Origin: an uncultured virus (IMG/VR IMGVR_UViG_3300042559_001081)
Taxonomy: Duplodnaviria; Heunggongvirae; Uroviricota; Caudoviricetes
Direction: 5' to 3' (one strand)
Virus record (IMG/VR): IMGVR_UViG_3300042559_001081
Coordinates: 118,700-138,699 of that record
Length of the DNA stretch: 20,000 nucleotides
Each line of letters opens with the position of its first letter. The stretch's first letter is position 1. Of the stretch, positions 16,279 to 20,000 are shown piece after piece. The translations under genes and the position numbers were made by a program. The notes beneath the pieces are model-generated. The model made no database searches, was not told the origin of the DNA, and saw only the letters and a list, made by a program, of their open reading frames with translations.

Positions 16279-17367
16279 ATGGATATATTAAGAGCCCTTT
16301 TAGAGAGTGATGCAATTACTGAGCAAACAAAATCTGAAATTCAAGAAGCGTGGGATGCTAAAGTTGTAGAAAACCGTCTTGCGGTAACTACAGAGCTTCG
16401 TGAAGAATTTGCTAAGAAATATGAACACGATAAAGGTGTTATGATCGAAGCAATTGACGCTATGATTGGTGAAAAACTTTCGGAAGAAATGGAAGAATTT
16501 CACAATGATCGCAAACAACTAGCCGAAGCGAAAGCACGATATGCTATAGCAATGAGAGAAAATACAAAACTATTTAAAAAGTTTGTAACTGAATCTCTGG
16601 CTAAAGAAGTTTCAGAACTACATGAAGATCAAAAAGAAATGGCAGCAAAATTTTCCGTTCTTGAAGAATTCATTGTAGAACAACTTGCAAAAGAACTTGC
16701 AGAATTCCAAGAAGATAAAAAAGACTTAGCTGAAACAAAAGTACGTTTAGTACGTGAAGCTAAAGACCATATAGCAAAAGTCAAAAAAGACTTTATTGCT
16801 AGAAGTGCAAAAGCAGTTCAAGAAACAGTTGCTAAAGGACTTAAGTCTGAAATTAGTCAACTTAAAGAAGACATTGATGTTGCACGTAAAAACGATTTTG
16901 GTCGCAAAATTTTTGAAGCATTCGCCGGTGAATATCTAAATAGTCACTTAAATGAAACTTCAGAAACTAAAAAGTTACTTAAATTAATTACAGCAAAAGA
17001 CAAACAACTAGCTGAAGCAAAAGCAATTACTGCAAAAGCTATGAATCTTGTTGAATCAAAAAAATCAGAAGTTAAACGTCTGGTTGAATCACAAGAGCGT
17101 CAAAAAGTTCTAAACGAACTTGTTGCACCTTTAAGTAAAGATCAAAAAACGATAATGACAGATTTACTGGAAAGCGTTCAAACTAACAGACTACGTTCTG
17201 CGTTTGAAAAGTATCTACCGGCAGTTATTGACGGTAACAGTCCAGCGAAGCAGAAGGCAATACTATCAGAAGGCAAAGAAATTACAGGCAATAGAGAAAA
17301 TAGTTCGATTAAGTCAGCAACCGACAACAATGTGATTGACATTGTGCGTTTAGCTGGATTGAAATAA
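16279..17367 (+). CDS. gp22: Prohead core scaffolding protein, T4 gp22-like
   Basis: Long coiled coil between protease and major capsid genes; GRKIFEAF motif; multiple L-x-E sites. Confidence 0.85.
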   Translation: MDILRALLESDAITEQTKSEIQEAWDAKVVENRLAVTTELREEFAKKYEHDKGVMIEAIDAMIGEKLSEEMEEFHNDRKQLAEAKARYAIAMRENTKLFKKFVTESLAKEVSELHEDQKEMAAKFSVLEEFIVEQLAKELAEFQEDKKDLAETKVRLVREAKDHIAKVKKDFIARSAKAVQETVAKGLKSEISQLKEDIDVARKNDFGRKIFEAFAGEYLNSHLNETSETKKLLKLITAKDKQLAEAKAITAKAMNLVESKKSEVKRLVESQERQKVLNELVAPLSKDQKTIMTDLLESVQTNRLRSAFEKYLPAVIDGNSPAKQKAILSEGKEITGNRENSSIKSATDNNVIDIVRLAGLK

Positions 17368-17377
17368 GGAGAAAAAT

Positions 17378-18556
17378 ATGTCAGAACTACTAGAAAGTCG
17401 CTGGCAGGAGACAAAAAACGCCCTTCTTGAAGGCCTACAAGGCAACAAAAAAGCAGTTATGGCCACTACTCTTGAGAATACTCGCAAGTATCTCTCAGAA
17501 AGTGCAACTGCTGGTGCTACTTCTGCTGGTAATATCGCAACTCTTAACAGAGTTATTCTTCCGGTTATACGCCGTGTAATGCCAACTGTTATTGCTAACG
17601 AATTGGTTGGTGTTCAACCAATGACTGGTCCAGTTGGTCAAATTCACACTCTAAGAGTACGTTACAGTGATTCGTTCACTGATAGTACTGGCGGAAGTGT
17701 TACTGCTGGTGAAGAAGCACTATCACCATTCAAGATTGCTGAAGGTTACTCAGGTAACGTTACAAACTCTTACACTGCTGCTGGAACTGCTGTACTCGAA
17801 GGTACTGCTGGTAACAGACTAAGCATCCAAATCTTGAAGCAAACTGTTGAAGCTAAGTCACGTAAGCTCTCAGCTCGCTGGACATTTGAAGCTGCTCAAG
17901 ACGCACAAGCAATGCACGGCATTGACGTCGAAGCAGAAATCATGGCAGCTCTTGCACAAGAAATTACTGCTGAAATCGACCAAGAAGTTATCCGTAGCTT
18001 AACTACTCTTGCAGGTAGTGCCGTTGAAACATACGACCAAGCTGCTGTTAGTGGTACTGCAACATTCGTTGGTGACGAACACGCTGCTCTAGCTGTTCAA
18101 ATCAACCGTGTTTCAAACTTGATCGCTCAGCGTACACGCCGTGGTGCTGGTAACTGGGCAGTTGTTTCCCCAACTGTTCTAACTCTTCTACAGAGTGCAA
18201 CTACTAGTGCTTTCGCTCGTACAACTGAAGGTACTTTCGAAGCCCCAACTAACACTAAGCTAGTTGGTACTCTAAACAACGCAATGAAGGTTTATGTTAA
18301 CACATATGCTTCAAGCGACAACGTTCTAATCGGTTACAAAGGTTCATCAGAATCAGACGCAGCCGCTTTCTATTGCCCATACATTCCGTTGATGAGCAGT
18401 GGTGTTGTTCTTGATCCGTCAACATTCGAACCAGTAGTTAGCTTCATGACTCGTTACGGTTATGTAGAACTAACTAACGCTGCTTCGTCGCTAGGTAACG
18501 CTGCGGACTACCTAGGTGTTGTCGGTGTAACAACTGCAAACCTAAGCTTCAGCTAA
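17378..18556 (+). CDS. gp23: Major capsid protein, T4 gp23-like
   Basis: RRVMPTVIANELVGVQPMTGPVGQI, VEAKSRKLSARWTFEAAQD...HGIDVEAE, FYCPYIPL and FMTRYG motifs. AAGGAG RBS and strongly biased codon usage. Confidence 0.97.
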   Translation: MSELLESRWQETKNALLEGLQGNKKAVMATTLENTRKYLSESATAGATSAGNIATLNRVILPVIRRVMPTVIANELVGVQPMTGPVGQIHTLRVRYSDSFTDSTGGSVTAGEEALSPFKIAEGYSGNVTNSYTAAGTAVLEGTAGNRLSIQILKQTVEAKSRKLSARWTFEAAQDAQAMHGIDVEAEIMAALAQEITAEIDQEVIRSLTTLAGSAVETYDQAAVSGTATFVGDEHAALAVQINRVSNLIAQRTRRGAGNWAVVSPTVLTLLQSATTSAFARTTEGTFEAPTNTKLVGTLNNAMKVYVNTYASSDNVLIGYKGSSESDAAAFYCPYIPLMSSGVVLDPSTFEPVVSFMTRYGYVELTNAASSLGNAADYLGVVGVTTANLSFS

Positions 18557-18570
18557 TAACTGAAACATAT

Positions 18571-18601
18571 AAAGAATAGGCCCTACGGGGCCTATTTTTT
18601 T
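18571..18601 (+). terminator. Rho-independent terminator after the major capsid gene
   Basis: AATAGGCCC-TACG-GGGCCTATT with a cUACGg tetraloop, followed by a T-run. The A-rich 5' side could make it bidirectional. Confidence 0.9.
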
Positions 18602-18612
18602 GAAATTTTTTC

Positions 18613-18640
18613 TTGACTTATGTGTGTGTTGTGTTATGTT
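18613..18640 (+). promoter_or_regulatory. Sigma70-type promoter with extended -10
   Basis: TTGACT (18613-18), 16 nt, TATGTT (18635-40), preceded by TGn. Confidence 0.6.
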
Positions 18641-18668
18641 GTTAGAAACAATACAAAGGAATAGCACA

Positions 18669-19232
18669 ATGAAAGTTTCACTGAGAAAAGCAAACGCACT
18701 ACAAGCAGCAATTGTTGATATGGTTGCTACATTTGAATTAGTAACAGATATTTCTATTAACGAGTTTGAAAATGCTTCAACAAAAATTAATGAAGCAAAA
18801 AACAAATTTGAATTTAATTTAAACAATCGTTCTACACTAATGGGAGTTCAATACGAAATCCGTCGTGCTGTTAGCATTGCTAATGCACAATCAGGAATTA
18901 ACAATTTTCTTGCAGAAGTAGCAATGATCGAAAAAGAAATTGCTCTTTACTCTAAGCTTTCAAAAGTACGCCCGGCACTCGAGGATGGAGTTATTTCTGG
19001 TAAACTCGAAAAGATTAAACATCGTAGCGAAGATCAGTTTTACGGTAGAGAAGATCAAGTTCAAACTTCGATCTTTGACGAATTTGAAATTAAAGAATTT
19101 AAATCTAGACTTGCTTCTTTGAAAAAAGAAAAAACTCGTTTGCAAGATCAGTTGCTTGAACTTAACATTAAAACAGAAATTGAGTTAAGTATAGATTCTG
19201 TAAACTTGCTAGCACAAGCAGGAATTATCTAA
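18669..19232 (+). CDS. DIP1984-like helical coiled-coil protein (187 aa)
   Basis: AAAGGA RBS before ATG 18669; the 18600 start in the track lies in the terminator. The pattern MKVSLRKA..L / IRRAVSIANAQSGI / LQDQLLELNIKTEIEL resembles the DIP1984 family (recognised by eye). Confidence 0.65.
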   Translation: MKVSLRKANALQAAIVDMVATFELVTDISINEFENASTKINEAKNKFEFNLNNRSTLMGVQYEIRRAVSIANAQSGINNFLAEVAMIEKEIALYSKLSKVRPALEDGVISGKLEKIKHRSEDQFYGREDQVQTSIFDEFEIKEFKSRLASLKKEKTRLQDQLLELNIKTEIELSIDSVNLLAQAGII

Positions 19233-19237
19233 GTTTT

Positions 19238-19501
19238 GGTAGTATAGCCTACTTGCTTTAGGTGAGTAGGCAAACTACCCGGTAGTAGGAAAGAGAAGAG
19301 GATAGGTTACTGTTTCCTTGAAAGAAACATATGTCCGTAATAAGACTCCGGTTTTATTAACCCTGATTGTGTGCTCTAGCGTTTTATTATACCCTTGTTG
19401 GTCTGCATTTTGCTCGCTAGAAATAAACATTCCGTTGCACATTGTGGGTTGCACTTTGTTTTTTGCAAGTTGCTTTACTTATTACTCACTTTCCTACACT
19501 G
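19238..19501 (+). ncRNA. Candidate structured ncRNA with a 7-nt periodic UUGY array
   Basis: Hairpin 19238-19279. Long-range closing helix GTAGGAAAG (19285-93)/CTTTCCTAC (19489-97), extended by 19280-83/19498-501 and 19298-307/19477-87. Internal stems 19311-29, 19338-59 (cUCCGg tetraloop) and 19375-81/19415-21. Confidence 0.72.
19435..19476 (+). repeat. Six tandem TTGY-NNN heptamers
   Basis: TTGCaca TTGTggg TTGCact TTGTttt TTGCaag TTGCttt. Confidence 0.85.
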
Positions 19502-19508
19502 TTATAAT
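19500..19508 (+). promoter_or_regulatory. Extended -10 sigma70 promoter (TGtTATAAT)
   Basis: Perfect TGnTATAAT 12 nt upstream of ATG 19521, with an AAAGG RBS between; no good -35. Confidence 0.55.
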
Positions 19509-19520
19509 CAAAGGTTTAAT

Positions 19521-19763
19521 ATGAAACAAAAACCTTGGGAATCAAAGATTCCTCAAAATCCTAAAAATAAAAATCGAAAACGTTGCTATAGAATTTGGAC
19601 CAAGCTAACTAACTCATCACGTGCAGGCGGTAAAATTGTATGGCTAACAGATAAACAAAAAACTTTTTATCTTGTTAAATATCCAAATAAAATATTCGAA
19701 GAAGAACTTGACAAGGATACAAAAGAGTATTATAAAAAGTATCTACATCAAACAGTAGATTGA
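19521..19763 (+). CDS. Small basic hypothetical protein (80 aa)
   Basis: AAAGG RBS and ATG 19521 (MKQKPWESK...). The 19395 start in the track lies inside the RNA structure. Confidence 0.65.
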   Translation: MKQKPWESKIPQNPKNKNRKRCYRIWTKLTNSSRAGGKIVWLTDKQKTFYLVKYPNKIFEEELDKDTKEYYKKYLHQTVD

Positions 19764-19771
19764 GGGCTACC

Positions 19772-20000
19772 GTGGAAGAAGATACCTTTTGGCAAGATTC
19801 TATGAATACTTTAAAAACATGGCGTAAGGAGCATCGCGGATATGCTCCCCAGATTTATAAAATACAAAAAACATTTGAAGAAATGCGTATTCAATATCAA
19901 AAGAATATGCAGCAACACTTTCAAAAACGTTCTGTCGGTTCTTTAGAAAAAGCAAATAAAATAAAAGAAGAAGCAGAACAGATATTTAAAAAAATCTCTA
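19772..20000 (+). CDS. Hypothetical protein, partial, runs off the right edge
   Basis: GAGGG RBS and GTG 19772; MEEDTFWQDSMNTLKTWRKEHRGYAPQIYKIQK... is open to the end of the window. Confidence 0.65.
   Translation, partial: MEEDTFWQDSMNTLKTWRKEHRGYAPQIYKIQKTFEEMRIQYQKNMQQHFQKRSVGSLEKANKIKEEAEQIFKKIS

Noticed and set aside
4161..17414. Remaining short overlapping or antisense ORFs in the track (e.g. 4161, 4479, 6098, 6124, 7322, 10377, 11123, 11393, 12594, 13169, 16300, 17178)
   Set aside because: They lie within well-supported genes and lack RBSs or recognisable motifs.
19435..19476. CRISPR or mini-CRISPR array
   Set aside because: Units are a 4-nt motif plus 3-nt spacer, far too short; no cas genes are present.
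19318..19524. 68-aa ORF, and the 19395 upstream extension of the next ORF
   Set aside because: TTG starts inside the RNA structure and odd Cys/Leu-rich composition caused by the TTGY array; the 7-nt period is not compatible with codon structure.
1..20000. Alternative genetic code (no called gene ends in TAG)
   Set aside because: All conserved genes are intact under the standard code with no in-frame TAG or TGA; TAA preference is expected in an AT-rich genome.

Overview
AT-rich segment of a large T4-superfamily (myovirus-like) phage genome in the standard genetic code. From left to right: a minus-strand baseplate cluster (partial hub-like gene, gp53-like, gp48/54-like); a plus-strand block with the gp55 late sigma factor, gp47/gp46 nuclease and a Holliday junction resolvase; a ~480 nt highly structured non-coding region; a probable internal head protein; a gp26-like hub/tail chaperone; the tape measure gene; the head module (portal gp20, small ORF, Maf/MptE-like transferase, acidic core protein, gp21, gp22, gp23, terminator); then small sigma70-driven accessory genes. 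Three signals stand out that the ORF track does not explain. (1) A -1 programmed frameshift cassette at the end of the gp26-like gene (slippery A_AAT_TTT_TTC, 14-bp stem, possible pseudoknot) would fuse it to a start-less gp51/gpE'-like ORF, like lambda G/GT. (2) A DIP1984-like helical protein gene is followed by a ~265 nt structured RNA presenting six exactly 7-nt-periodic UUGY motifs, a candidate ring-protein/ncRNA system. (3) A large structured RNA at 6600-7000 is followed by GNA-type DNA mini-hairpins, a candidate novel large ncRNA and/or RNA-primed origin. All family assignments come from motif recognition by eye; no database searches were run.
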